64,000 nt of DNA, taken from NCBI GenBank assembly GCA_965207275.1, contig CBDBMH010000002.1, positions 465,291 to 529,290 of the forward strand, read 5' to 3'. The position numbers were made by a program, and so were the translations under genes. The notes beneath the pieces were generated by a model. It did no database searches, was not told where the DNA came from, and worked only from the letters and a program-made list of their open reading frames with translations. The stretch comes from Dehalococcoidia bacterium. GTDB lineage: Bacteria; Chloroflexota; Dehalococcoidia; Lucifugimonadales; UBA3495. Shown piece after piece: positions 17,796-26,931 of the stretch (position 1 is its first letter; each line of letters begins with the position of its first letter).

Positions 17796-20282
17796 ATCAT
17801 TAACGCAAACGGTTACCCCATTTCAGGAGATGACGTAGCCCTTTTCATCGACTGGGAAAACTTCAAGATCAGCCTGGCCGCGGGCAGCAGGACGCCAAAC
17901 GTCAGCGCCCTTAAAGAGGAGGTTTCCAACCACGGGAGGGTGGTGGTGGCCAAGGCCTACGCTGACTGGGTTACCAGGTCTCCCGAACTAAAAGGCGCCA
18001 GCCAATTTATCATTGACCCTCCTGCCCTTTACGCCGCCGGTATCGAACCGGTGTACGTGCCCACCCGCCTTCCGCTGGGAAGTCCCTCCGCCATGAACAC
18101 CAGGACCACGCGGGTCAAGAACAGCGTGGACGTGAAGATGACGGCGGACTGCATCGAGTGCGCCCATACCTATCCCAACATCGGCACTTATGTGCTGGTT
18201 TCCGGCGATTCCGACTTCATCCACGTCATCAATTCCCTGCGGGCCATCGGCAAGCGCGTCATCATCATCGGCGTATCGTGGAGCACATCCCGCCGCCTGG
18301 CCGACCAGGTGGACGGGCTGATTCTCTACGATATCGACGTTGATCCCGAGCACCTGCCCGAACCGGAGCCCACGCCTGCTTCCACCGAACGCTCGTCCAG
18401 GTCCAACGGTGGCAATCGCCAGCAGCTGTCCGAGGTGATGCGTCAGATCGAGGAAATCGTCCGCTCCGAACGGCAGGCCGGACGCACCCCACTGTTGACT
18501 TCCCTCAAGCAGCGCATTATGCGCCGCGTGCCCGGGTTCGACGAGAAAAAGCTGGGATTTTCCGGGTTCAAGAAGCTGATGCTCCGCACTGCCGAGGAAG
18601 GCACCATCAAGCTGGTAACGGTGGGTCTGGTGGACTGGGTGATCATGGCCGACGAGCCCGACCCGGTAGAGGCCCACTCCGAACCCGGCTCCGACCGGGG
18701 ATCGGTGGAAACGGTGGCCGCGGACGAGGAAGTAGTTCTCGATGACCAGTCCCGGTCTGAACCCACCGCAGTCGTCGAAACTGCCGCCGAGTCCGACAGT
18801 GCGGTGTCGGATGTGGAGACAACCTCCACCGAAGCCGCCGGGCAGCCGGCCGAAGCTGGCGAAACGGATATAACGCCGGAGACCCTTGTCGCAGCAGAAA
18901 CCTCGTCCGAATCCGATTCCCTAACTGTGGAACTCCCGACTGAAACGGAAGCCTCAAGCGATGCCGGGGAATCGGAAGCTATGGATGAGGTTGCTCCTCC
19001 TGCCCTGTCTCCGGAACTGGCCACGGCGCTGGAGGAAACCCTGGCGCACCTGGAATTGCCCCGGGGACCGGGCGATGGTCAGGACGGACGGCGCATCAAT
19101 GACCTGGTCATCATGGCCGATATGCTGGAGCACCAGGCGGGCATTACCCACGTGGCCTTCAACTTCCTGCTGGCCCAAATCTGCGAAGCTCTCCACCAGG
19201 GCCTGGAAGCGGAGCACCCGGAAATAACCGGACGCTGGGGCGGGCGCACCTACTCCCGCACCTACGTAACCCGCCTCCTCCGTGAGCTGGGCGACAAGGA
19301 AATTTTCCTCCGGGACTGGCATCAGGAGCGGAACGAGGAAACCGGTCGCACCAGTCGCTTCCGTACCTTCAACCTCAACCGTACTCATCCCCTGGTCCGG
19401 GAAGCGCTGATCAGCCAGTGGGGGCCTGACACCAACACCGGGGCCCACGAGCCGGAGGTTGCGGTGGAAGAGGCGCCGGAAGCGCCCCCGGAAATGGAGA
19501 CGTCGGACCAACTGACAGCGCCCACCGGCGAAGTTGCGATGGAGGAGACGGTGGAGGAGGAAACTCCTGCGCCACCTGCCCGAACCGCTCGCCGGCGGGG
19601 AGGTCGGCGTCAATCCGTCAGCGAAGCCACAGAAACATCTGACCAGGCTGTTTCTGAAGCCGAGGCGCCGGAGTCCGTGGCGGACGAGGCTGTGGCCGCG
19701 CCGCCCGCGCGACCGTCCCGGCGTCGTGGCCGTCAACTCCAAACCGCCGAAGACGTCCCGCAAACCTCGGAGCAGGCTCCGGAGCAACCCGGCGCCGAAG
19801 AAGCCGAGCCGGGAGAGTCCGAAGTGGTGGAGGCTGCGCCCGCGCGCCCGTCTCGTCGCCGTGGCCGCCAACGCCAGACCGCCGAAGAGGTCCCGCAAAC
19901 CCCGGAACAGGCTTCGGAGCAACCAAGCGCCGAGGAAGCCGGGTCGGGAGAGTCCGAGGTAGTGGAAGGTGCGCCCGCACGACCATCCCGGCGCCGTGGC
20001 CGTCAACGCCAGACCGCCGAAGATGTCCCGCAAACCCCGGAACAGGTTTCTGACCCGTCCGAGGCAGGGGCATCAGATCTGGGAGGATCCGAAGTGGTGG
20101 AGACACCGCCCGCGCGCCCGTCTCGCCGCCGTGGTCGTCAGCGCCAAACCGCCGAGGAGGTTTCGCCATCCTCGGAACAGGTCGCTGGCCCGTCCGAGGC
20201 AGGGGCATCAGAGTCGGCCATTGCGGCCGTGGTGGAAGACCCAGTCCCGGATGCCGAACCGGCCCCGGCCGCGGTGGATTAG
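17796..20282 (+). CDS. NYN (PIN-like RNase) domain plus OST-HTH/LOTUS domain protein with a repetitive acidic/basic C-terminus
   Basis: The frame is open from 17763. 'DDVALFIDWENFKISL...AKAYADW...LVSGDSDFIHVINSLR' is the NYN/LabA pattern. 'LKQRIMRRVPGFDEKKLGFSGFKKLMLRTAEEGTIKL' is LOTUS-like. The conserved NYN N-terminus lies upstream of the first ATG/GTG/TTG (17940), so the real start is probably non-canonical (ATC 17796 or ATT 17799, after AGGAG 17781-17785). The start coordinate is uncertain. Confidence 0.75.
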   Translation: MINANGYPISGDDVALFIDWENFKISLAAGSRTPNVSALKEEVSNHGRVVVAKAYADWVTRSPELKGASQFIIDPPALYAAGIEPVYVPTRLPLGSPSAMNTRTTRVKNSVDVKMTADCIECAHTYPNIGTYVLVSGDSDFIHVINSLRAIGKRVIIIGVSWSTSRRLADQVDGLILYDIDVDPEHLPEPEPTPASTERSSRSNGGNRQQLSEVMRQIEEIVRSERQAGRTPLLTSLKQRIMRRVPGFDEKKLGFSGFKKLMLRTAEEGTIKLVTVGLVDWVIMADEPDPVEAHSEPGSDRGSVETVAADEEVVLDDQSRSEPTAVVETAAESDSAVSDVETTSTEAAGQPAEAGETDITPETLVAAETSSESDSLTVELPTETEASSDAGESEAMDEVAPPALSPELATALEETLAHLELPRGPGDGQDGRRINDLVIMADMLEHQAGITHVAFNFLLAQICEALHQGLEAEHPEITGRWGGRTYSRTYVTRLLRELGDKEIFLRDWHQERNEETGRTSRFRTFNLNRTHPLVREALISQWGPDTNTGAHEPEVAVEEAPEAPPEMETSDQLTAPTGEVAMEETVEEETPAPPARTARRRGGRRQSVSEATETSDQAVSEAEAPESVADEAVAAPPARPSRRRGRQLQTAEDVPQTSEQAPEQPGAEEAEPGESEVVEAAPARPSRRRGRQRQTAEEVPQTPEQASEQPSAEEAGSGESEVVEGAPARPSRRRGRQRQTAEDVPQTPEQVSDPSEAGASDLGGSEVVETPPARPSRRRGRQRQTAEEVSPSSEQVAGPSEAGASESAIAAVVEDPVPDAEPAPAAVD
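19566..20240 (+). repeat. five tandem 135-bp coding repeats (45-aa units 'PARPSRRRGRQRQTAEEVPQTPEQ...SEVVE')
   Basis: Unit starts are at 19566, 19701, 19836, 19971 and 20106, an exact 135-bp period. The inner copies are nearly identical at DNA level. Confidence 0.9.
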
Positions 20283-20309
20283 CGCGCCGGTTACTGTCAA
20301 CCTGAAGAA

Positions 20310-20346
20310 CAAGGGGCGGGAAAATCTCCCGCCCCTTGTTTGGTTT
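20310..20346. terminator. rho-independent terminator between convergent genes
   Basis: CAAGGGGCGGGA-aaatc-TCCCGCCCCTTG forms a 12-bp perfect stem and is followed by TTTGGTTT. Confidence 0.8.
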
Positions 20347-20478
20347 CATGTGGGGTGCGCTTCCGGTCTCTTTAGCTGATTCCGTCCTCTAGTAAGGTTC
20401 CGGTTGTGGTGCGCTCTCGTATCCCGGCGCGCTTTCGTGTCCAACGGGTGGATTCTCCCCGCAGTTACGGCTATGAGC

Positions 20479-21708
20479 CTATAAATCCAGGGCCAGCGTC
20501 GTCCACCCGAAGTTTCTGGCCCCCAATCCCTCCGCGGTGTAGGGGTCGTAATACTCTCGGAACCCAGACAGTTCAATTGCCTCGTGGGTCTTGGCGACGA
20601 TGGTATCGGCCAGTTCCGCGTACCCGTGCCCTCTCAGTGAGTGGGAAAGGAACCAGTTGGTATTCACCCACGTTGGCCCCCGCCAGATAAACCCCCTGGG
20701 GTTTCCCGGCATGAACTTGGGGTCGGAGGCGGGCACCGAGGGCAACGGGTAGGGCAGCCAGAAGTGCTCCGGATTTGACACCCAGTCGGTAACCAACCGT
20801 TCCACTATGTTGCGCGGCAGGTCGGCCAGGACCAGGGGCATCAACGAACTGATGGTTACCACCTCCACCTGCTTCTCGGCCACCCCGGACAGGTCAAAGA
20901 AGGCCCCAGCCCCCTCGTTCCAGCACTTTTCCACTAGGGCGTCCCGGGTCTTGTCTGCCTCCCGCCGGAACTCCTCCGCCTCGTCCGATTCCCCCAGCAT
21001 CCGCGCCAGCGAACGCAGGCCAAAGGCGTAGATGGAATTGACCAGCACGTCTTCAAAGTGGAAGATGTCTGCCTCCAGGATTCGCCGGTCATCCCCCCGC
21101 ATGGGCTCGTAGGCCGCATAGACCTTTCGCAGGGCGGCGATAAAGCCCTGGTTGCTCAGCTCTTCCAGCCCCAGGGCCTCATCGTATTTCGGAGAACAAT
21201 CGGTGCCTGCCTCTTCCGGCTGAATAACCGCAATCAGCCCGTCCCCGTCCGGGTCTCGGTGGTAACGTAACCAGCGGTAGTAGGCGGTCAGCGCCGGCAG
21301 GGCCGCGTTCAGAAAGTCCGCATCACCGCTGGCCCGGTACACCCGCTCCACCGCATATGCCACTATGGGGGGCTGGATGGTCGCGCTGAAGTAGGGCGAC
21401 GTCATCCCCACGATGTTGCGGCTCAGAAAGTCCGGCTGTTTTTCCATTTCCCAGAAAATGATGTGCGGGATGAACCCGTCCGGCTGGGCCCCGCTCAGCA
21501 GCGTCTTAAGCTCTGCCTTGGCCTGTTCCAGGTCCAGGTGGGTGAGGGCGATGGCGTGAAAGCACGAGTCCCAGAACCACTGAAAGGGATAGCCCGTCAG
21601 CGAAGGGACCACGAAACTGAACTCCTTGCCATTCCAGTCGGCCACCCCCTTCCGCAGGTTGGTCAGTAGAATTTGCCTTGCTTGTGCTTCCAGTTCTGCC
21701 CGCTCCAC
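20479..21708 (-). CDS. (alpha/alpha)6-barrel glycoside hydrolase, GH63/GH37-like (possibly glucosyl/mannosyl-glycerate hydrolase type)
   Basis: 409-aa ORF with 'YPFQWFWDSCFHAIAL' and 'WRGPTWVNTNWF'. The GTG start is preceded by AGGAGG embedded in the end of the upstream GT4 gene, which suggests translational coupling. Confidence 0.6.
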   Translation of the reverse strand: MERAELEAQARQILLTNLRKGVADWNGKEFSFVVPSLTGYPFQWFWDSCFHAIALTHLDLEQAKAELKTLLSGAQPDGFIPHIIFWEMEKQPDFLSRNIVGMTSPYFSATIQPPIVAYAVERVYRASGDADFLNAALPALTAYYRWLRYHRDPDGDGLIAVIQPEEAGTDCSPKYDEALGLEELSNQGFIAALRKVYAAYEPMRGDDRRILEADIFHFEDVLVNSIYAFGLRSLARMLGESDEAEEFRREADKTRDALVEKCWNEGAGAFFDLSGVAEKQVEVVTISSLMPLVLADLPRNIVERLVTDWVSNPEHFWLPYPLPSVPASDPKFMPGNPRGFIWRGPTWVNTNWFLSHSLRGHGYAELADTIVAKTHEAIELSGFREYYDPYTAEGLGARNFGWTTLALDL

Positions 21709-21710
21709 CC

Positions 21711-22892
21711 TTAGCCTCCTGTGTCTTGGCCCCGGTACAGGGCCAGGTATTTGTCCGCCACTGCCTCCCAGGTAAACTCCCGGGACGCGTACGCCCTTCC
21801 TTCCTCTCCCAGCCGGCGACGATGCTCGGCCTCGTTCACCAGCCGCGCCATTTGGGCGGCGGCTTCTTCCAAGTCAAACTGGGGGACCACCGCGGCCCCG
21901 TGCGTCAGCAGTTCCCGGTTGGCCCCCACTTCGTGGGTGAGCACGGGCAGCCCGCAAAGCATGGCTTCAAAATAGACCAGTCCAAAGGCCTCGTAATGAG
22001 AGAAGAGAGTAAAAATGTCCGATCTTCCGTACCAACTGCCCAGGTCTTCGTCGTCCAGTTCCCCGGTTAACACTACCTCGTCCTCCAGGTTGGCCGCCCT
22101 CACCTCGGACCGCAGCTCAGCCTCTGCGTCCTCTTCTCGTCCCACCAGTACCAGGCGGGTCGGATGCAGGAAACTCTCCCGCGCCCGCCGGTAGGCATCC
22201 AGGAGCCATGCCTGCCCCTTGTGACGGCTAAGCCGACCCACGCAGAGGATAGTCACCCGGTCGTCGGCATCCTCTTCCGGCGTCCCGGTTTTCCCGCCAG
22301 CTTCTCCCATGGCCGAGGCCCCCCAGCCTATAACCGCCAGCTTCCCCTCGGGAACGCTGTAGTCCCGTCCGACCTGCGCCGCTTCCTGCCTGGTCAGCGC
22401 GACCACCTTGTCCACTCCCCGGCACAGCAGCCGGTTCACGGGCTTCAGCCAGGCCCGCGACAGGGGGAGAGTGTGGTACGAGGGAGTAAAAACGAACCTG
22501 GCCCTGCCCTTTTGCCAGATACGGGCCCAGAAGTGTCCCCAGAACCACCCATCTCCCACGAAATGGATGATGTGCGGATTAAACTCGTCCAGGTACTGGC
22601 GAATCTGGCCAGGTGAAAACCACACCAGGGGAACCGAATAAAGCGGAATCGACTTATGTGGAATACCGGTGACCCTGAAGATGGAAAGGCCCTCCGGCGT
22701 CCGTTCCCGGTCCGGCCATTCCGGGTGAGGTGTGGGCGGAAAAGAGTACTTGGTGGTCAGCACTCCTACGGCTTCCACTCCCGGCGACTCCAGCAGTTGG
22801 AAGGAAAGCCGCTCAATGGCCCGCTCTATCCCGCCCAGGTAGGGCCGGAAATAGGGGCTCAGGAACAACACCCGCAGGGGCCTACTGTCCAT
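21711..22892 (-). CDS. GT4-family glycosyltransferase
   Basis: 393-aa ORF with 'RLSRHKGQ' and the 'YEAFGLVYFEAMLCGLPVL' E-x7-E region typical of GT-B retaining glycosyltransferases. Confidence 0.85.
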   Translation of the reverse strand: MDSRPLRVLFLSPYFRPYLGGIERAIERLSFQLLESPGVEAVGVLTTKYSFPPTPHPEWPDRERTPEGLSIFRVTGIPHKSIPLYSVPLVWFSPGQIRQYLDEFNPHIIHFVGDGWFWGHFWARIWQKGRARFVFTPSYHTLPLSRAWLKPVNRLLCRGVDKVVALTRQEAAQVGRDYSVPEGKLAVIGWGASAMGEAGGKTGTPEEDADDRVTILCVGRLSRHKGQAWLLDAYRRARESFLHPTRLVLVGREEDAEAELRSEVRAANLEDEVVLTGELDDEDLGSWYGRSDIFTLFSHYEAFGLVYFEAMLCGLPVLTHEVGANRELLTHGAAVVPQFDLEEAAAQMARLVNEAEHRRRLGEEGRAYASREFTWEAVADKYLALYRGQDTGG

Positions 22893-23170
22893 CTCTTTAC
22901 CGCCATTGCTCTGGCAATTGCCGCCCTGGATATTCTTGCAAAACCGTCACACCGCGAATACCCGGGCCCGCCTGGGTTCGGGGCACAAATGATGCAGGCT
23001 TCAACGGCCGGAAAGCGCCATTGAGCGCCAGGTAATCCGCGGGACCCTTGACCGTTGATCGCCGACCATTGCGGGTCTCCGCAATTCTAGGCCCGCCCAT
23101 CGTGGAACGTCAATGTAACACCCGTTTATCATTAAAATTTCAGGCGGTGTCGTCAAAATGGCGAGATCTC

Positions 23171-23266
23171 GTCAATCCGGCGAAAGCCGGAACCAAGCGC
23201 CCTCATCTGATGCCGGAACGTTCGCCACGACACGCCTGGATTCCGGCTCGCGGGCCGGGGTGACGG
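23171..23266. repeat. family-3 repeats, one direct and one inverted copy
   Basis: GTCAATCCGGCGAAAGCCGGAACC at 23171-23194 and CCTGGATTCCGGCTCGCGGGCCGGGGTGACGG at 23235-23266. Confidence 0.7.
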
Positions 23267-23354
23267 AATAAGTTGACGACAGGCCCTGGGTCGGCCCTTA
23301 AATTTATCGTTCCTGTGTTATATTAGGGGCGAAACCAAGGGGAGGCGCAGGACC

Positions 23355-24014
23355 ATGCTGGCATTCCTGGGAGGCACCGGACCGGAAGGGAAGGGTCTGG
23401 CCCTTCGCCTGGCCATGGCCGGAAAAGACGTGGTAATCGGTTCCCGGGACGCCCAGCGCGCCGGGGCCGCCGCTGAAGAACTTGCCGCCGCAATCCAGGC
23501 TGTCGGCGGGTCCGGCCGCGTCGAAGGCGCCGATAACGCCGAGGCCGCCCATCGCTCCGACGCTGCCTTCCTGACCGTACCCTATGAGGCCCAGCGGCCC
23601 ATGTTGGAGCAGTTAGCCGGTCACCTGGCTGGCAAGGTGGTGGTCAACGTCATCGCCCCCATGCGCTTCGAACGGGGCAAGGGCGCCATCGCCGTCCCGG
23701 TAGAAGCCGGGTCCGCCTCTGAGGAAGCCCAGTCCCTGCTGCCGGATTCCCACGTAGTGGCCGCTTTCCAGAACATCAGCGCCGAGGAGCTTCAGGAACC
23801 CTGCAATAATATGGTAGGCGACGTGGTGGTCTGCGCCGACAACGCCGCCGCCAAGTCACTGGTAATGGCCCTGACCGAAAAGATCCCCGACCTTCGCCCC
23901 GTGGACGGCGGCGGCCTGCTGAATGCCAAATACGTGGAACAGATAACCCCCCTTTTGGTCAACATAAACCGTATTTACAAGGTACACTCCGGAATCAGAA
24001 TAACGGGTGTATAA
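23355..24014 (+). CDS. npdG: NADPH-dependent F420 reductase
   Basis: 219-aa ORF. 'MLAFLGGTGPEGKGLALRLAMAGKDVVIGSRD' matches the Rossmann N-terminus of F420:NADP oxidoreductases. GGGGAGG lies upstream. Confidence 0.75.
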   Translation: MLAFLGGTGPEGKGLALRLAMAGKDVVIGSRDAQRAGAAAEELAAAIQAVGGSGRVEGADNAEAAHRSDAAFLTVPYEAQRPMLEQLAGHLAGKVVVNVIAPMRFERGKGAIAVPVEAGSASEEAQSLLPDSHVVAAFQNISAEELQEPCNNMVGDVVVCADNAAAKSLVMALTEKIPDLRPVDGGGLLNAKYVEQITPLLVNINRIYKVHSGIRITGV

Positions 24015-24029
24015 AGGTCTTGATAACAG

Positions 24030-24073
24030 CCCCTCGCCCTTTGGTGAGGGAAGGCTGGGAAGAGGGTGGAAGG
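24030..24073 (+). repeat. family-1 repeat copy
   Basis: CCCCTCGCCCTTTGGTGAGGGAAGGCTGGGAAGAGGGTGGAAGG. Confidence 0.75.
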
Positions 24074-24221
24074 CTCCTGGCGCTGCCCACTTTGGGCGCC
24101 TCAATCCAGTATCGCTATCTTTTGGTCACGGCAGGGGCAGGCACGCCCGTCTGTCCCTGCACCTGAGTATTTCAACCCGGACGGTAACAACCCCTGACTC
24201 TCAACTACGGAGGAACAATCA

Positions 24222-24746
24222 ATGCCTAGAGGAACACTCAATCTCCAGGACCCGGCCGACCTGCAGGCAGTCAGCGGCGTGTGGCGCTGGGCACCCGGCC
24301 TGGTGCCGGGCGAGCCCAACGAGGGCCTCGTTTCCCAACTGGAAGGAAGCCCCGCCCGTTTGCCGGACTATGATGACTCGGGATGGGAAGCCTGTGAAGA
24401 CCTTACCGAGTGGCGCTCCCGGGGCGTCACCTTTGCCTGGTACCGCATCAACATAACCCTGCCCGAACAGGTTGAGGGCCGCGACATCGCCGGCGCCCGC
24501 TGCATTTTCGAGACCTGTATCGACGATTATGGCGAACTCTGGATCGACGGCGACTGCAACCGCGACCGCGGCGCGGTCCAGGGTTTCAACGTTCCCCAGC
24601 GGGTCGTAGTCGATATCGAGCCCAAGCCCGGCGACCAGCACACCATCGCTCTCCTCGCCATGAACGGGCCCATCGGCGCCCCCGGCGGCGCGGTGTTTGT
24701 CCGCTACGCCACCCTTGCCTTCGAGTGGCGTACCCCGGGTTATTAG
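24222..24746 (+). CDS. hypothetical protein, galactose-binding-domain-like (GH2 N-terminal-like jelly roll), tentative
   Basis: 174-aa ORF with 'DSGWEACEDL...FAWYRINITLPEQVEGRD...DDYGELWIDG', which resembles sugar-binding jelly-roll domains. GGAGGA lies before the ATG. Confidence 0.5.
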   Translation: MPRGTLNLQDPADLQAVSGVWRWAPGLVPGEPNEGLVSQLEGSPARLPDYDDSGWEACEDLTEWRSRGVTFAWYRINITLPEQVEGRDIAGARCIFETCIDDYGELWIDGDCNRDRGAVQGFNVPQRVVVDIEPKPGDQHTIALLAMNGPIGAPGGAVFVRYATLAFEWRTPGY

Positions 24747-24786
24747 AGTTCCATCAAGAAAGAGCTTTAACTTAGGAGGTACCAAA

Positions 24787-25422
24787 GTGGCTCTCTCCAG
24801 GGAAAAATTCGAACAGGGAATGACCACCCAGGAGTACATCGAGTACATCAAGGTCAACAAGCAGCCCTTCATCGATATCTATAACGGCGTGGAGATACCC
24901 GAGGAAACCAGGGCCTTCTTCGAGGGGCTGGAAGAACCCCTGAACCTGGCCGTCTTCACCTCCGACTGGTGCGGAGACGCCATGAGCACTACCCCGGCAA
25001 TCCTGAGGCTGGCCGACGCCACCGACAAGCTGAATCTCCAGGTATTCAGCCGCGATGACGAACTGGAAATCACCAACAGCTTCCTGCCCGAAAACCGGGC
25101 TGGCACCGTGCCCGTCTTCGTTACCTTTGACGCTGAAATGGGCGAAATATCCCGTTTCATCGAGACTGCCCGCTCCCTGGTACCCCAGATTGACGCCATG
25201 GACGATGCCATAGCCCAGGAAGTGGCATCAGAAGGCGCCTCCGGCGATGAAGTCCGCGCCGCCACCCGTGGCAAGCGCACCTCCTTCCGAGTTGGAAAGG
25301 CCAGGGATTGGGGCGACGTTATACTCCGGGAATTCCAGCAGGTGGTGTCGGATGGCCTCCGGATGGCCCCCGGGCAGCGCCCATCGGAAGGTGGCACCCA
25401 GTGGCCCCCGCCCGAAGAATAA
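24787..25422 (+). CDS. thioredoxin-fold family protein
   Basis: 'LAVFTSDWCGDAMSTTP' sits in a thioredoxin-like context. The start is taken at GTG 24787, directly after AGGAGG. The longer track ORF overlaps the upstream gene. Confidence 0.65.
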   Translation: MALSREKFEQGMTTQEYIEYIKVNKQPFIDIYNGVEIPEETRAFFEGLEEPLNLAVFTSDWCGDAMSTTPAILRLADATDKLNLQVFSRDDELEITNSFLPENRAGTVPVFVTFDAEMGEISRFIETARSLVPQIDAMDDAIAQEVASEGASGDEVRAATRGKRTSFRVGKARDWGDVILREFQQVVSDGLRMAPGQRPSEGGTQWPPPEE

Positions 25423-25633
25423 GAAGCTGGGATGTGGACTAGGCGCCGGTCCTGGGACAAGAAATTCTCTCAAGATTTCCTTGCCCCTGGCCGAGCAGAG
25501 TTTCGTTGGCGGTGCAAGGAGGCTCATGGTTGCTGTCTCTCACCTCGCCAATGCCGATGAGCATGTATGAGGTAATCTCCGCGAAGCTAAACGGAAATGA
25601 CCGCGGTTACTCCCCGGTCAGGGATGTGGGAAA

Positions 25634-25990
25634 GTGGGAATTCTTAACCTGACAGTCCAGGTGGGAAACCCCGGTGGTACTGTCTTCGAGGACCTGGAAG
25701 TCACCGTGGATACGGGTTCAAGCTACACGGCAGTGCCCAGAACCATGCTGGAGCGGCTGGGCGTTGCCGTGGACGAATCCGCCCCCTCAATTTTAGCCGA
25801 CGGTAGGCAAGTTCCCGTGGACGTAGGTGAAACTGTCATCAGGCTGGAAGGCAGGCAGTTCCACACCCCGGTCATCTTCGCCGGCGAAGATGAGCCAGCA
25901 CTGTTGGGGGTAGTGACCCTGGAACAAGCCAGGCTCGCTGTGGACCCATTGGGACAGAAGCTGGTTCCATCTCCACTGCTCCGCTATTAG
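25634..25990 (+). CDS. retropepsin-like (clan AA) aspartic protease
   Basis: 118-aa ORF with the catalytic 'VTVDTGSSYTAVP' (D-T/S-G) and a C-terminal 'ALLGVVTLE' flap/dimer-like motif. Confidence 0.7.
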   Translation: MGILNLTVQVGNPGGTVFEDLEVTVDTGSSYTAVPRTMLERLGVAVDESAPSILADGRQVPVDVGETVIRLEGRQFHTPVIFAGEDEPALLGVVTLEQARLAVDPLGQKLVPSPLLRY

Positions 25991-26031
25991 CACAAAGGAG
26001 GAGAGCATCCTGCTATTCTCTCAGTCCAACT

Positions 26032-26063
26032 AAATGGGGCCGGGAATCTTCCCAGCCCCATTT
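26032..26063 (+). terminator. stem-loop downstream of the protease gene (no U-tract)
   Basis: AAATGGGGCCGGGA-atct-TCCCAGCCCCATTT forms 13 pairs with 1 mismatch. Confidence 0.35.
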
Positions 26064-26286
26064 CCTGTCCATTGAGCGCTCCATCCCCGAATCTAAACCC
26101 TTGATTCCTTACTATTCTTCACCCCAACCGCCACCATTGAAAATCAGGTGATTCGATCCGGTTACCCTGCTCCGGTTATTGTTATTCTGCCCCCAACGTT
26201 CATTATTATAGGGTAGCCCTTGTGGCTGCCCTGGTTTCCCGCAAGAACCCGCCTGAAATGCGTACTCGCTCCCCTTTACCCTTGTG

Positions 26287-26315
26287 TTGGCTTGCCAATG
26301 GTCAGGCAGTATAAT
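26287..26315 (+). promoter_or_regulatory. candidate sigma70-type promoter
   Basis: TTGGCT, a 17-bp spacer, then TATAAT (26310-26315), about 50 nt upstream of ATG 26366. Confidence 0.4.
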
Positions 26316-26365
26316 TGGCCCCGGACACCTCACCGGAACCGGGACGGAGATTACTGTTGGCACAT

Positions 26366-26827
26366 ATGAACTTCAGTTGGGTTTTGGAGGGCTATCTGGC
26401 CGGCGCCATGGGCCCCACCAGTCGTCGCGACCTGATCTACTTTCAGCGCCAGGACATCGGGGCTGTTCTCAGGATGGAAGAAAGTACCATCTCCGCAGAA
26501 CTCTGGAATCTTTATGATATGTTCGAGCCGGTGGCCGATTTCTCCGCTCCTACCCTTGAACAGATCGACCGAATGTGCCGCTGGATCGAGGAGCAGATCG
26601 AAAACTGGGAGCGTCCCGTAGTGGTAACCTGCCATGCCGGCATCGGCCGTACTGGCACCGTCCTGGCCGCCTACATGGTCTACATGGGCTACGAGCCCCA
26701 GACGGCCATCGACCTTATTCGCGAACTTCGCCCCGGCTCCATCCAGACTCCCGACCAGGAAAGGTCGGTGCACGCCTACGCCGAGCATCGGAAGGATACG
26801 GGCGGGGCGCGGGTGAGGCCCGGGTAG
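26366..26827 (+). CDS. dual-specificity / tyrosine protein phosphatase (CX5R)
   Basis: 'VVVTCHAGIGRTGTVLAAY' is the HCX5R(S/T) P-loop. The start is taken at 'MNFSWVLEGYLAG'. Confidence 0.8.
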   Translation: MNFSWVLEGYLAGAMGPTSRRDLIYFQRQDIGAVLRMEESTISAELWNLYDMFEPVADFSAPTLEQIDRMCRWIEEQIENWERPVVVTCHAGIGRTGTVLAAYMVYMGYEPQTAIDLIRELRPGSIQTPDQERSVHAYAEHRKDTGGARVRPG

Positions 26828-26931
26828 CAGCCGACCGGCCATGCACGCAGCCGGCCGGCTTTTGCCATCAAGCTCATTCCGAGGGTTTGCGCTGTGTGCG
26901 GCGGAGATTGCAGGCGTACCGGAGGAAACCA

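Noticed and set aside
18954-20349. 359-aa and 243-aa minus-strand ORFs across the NYN-LOTUS repeat region.
   Set aside because: They are antisense translations of the 135-bp repeats, so their periodic Arg/Gly/Leu-rich sequence is an artefact of the repeat.
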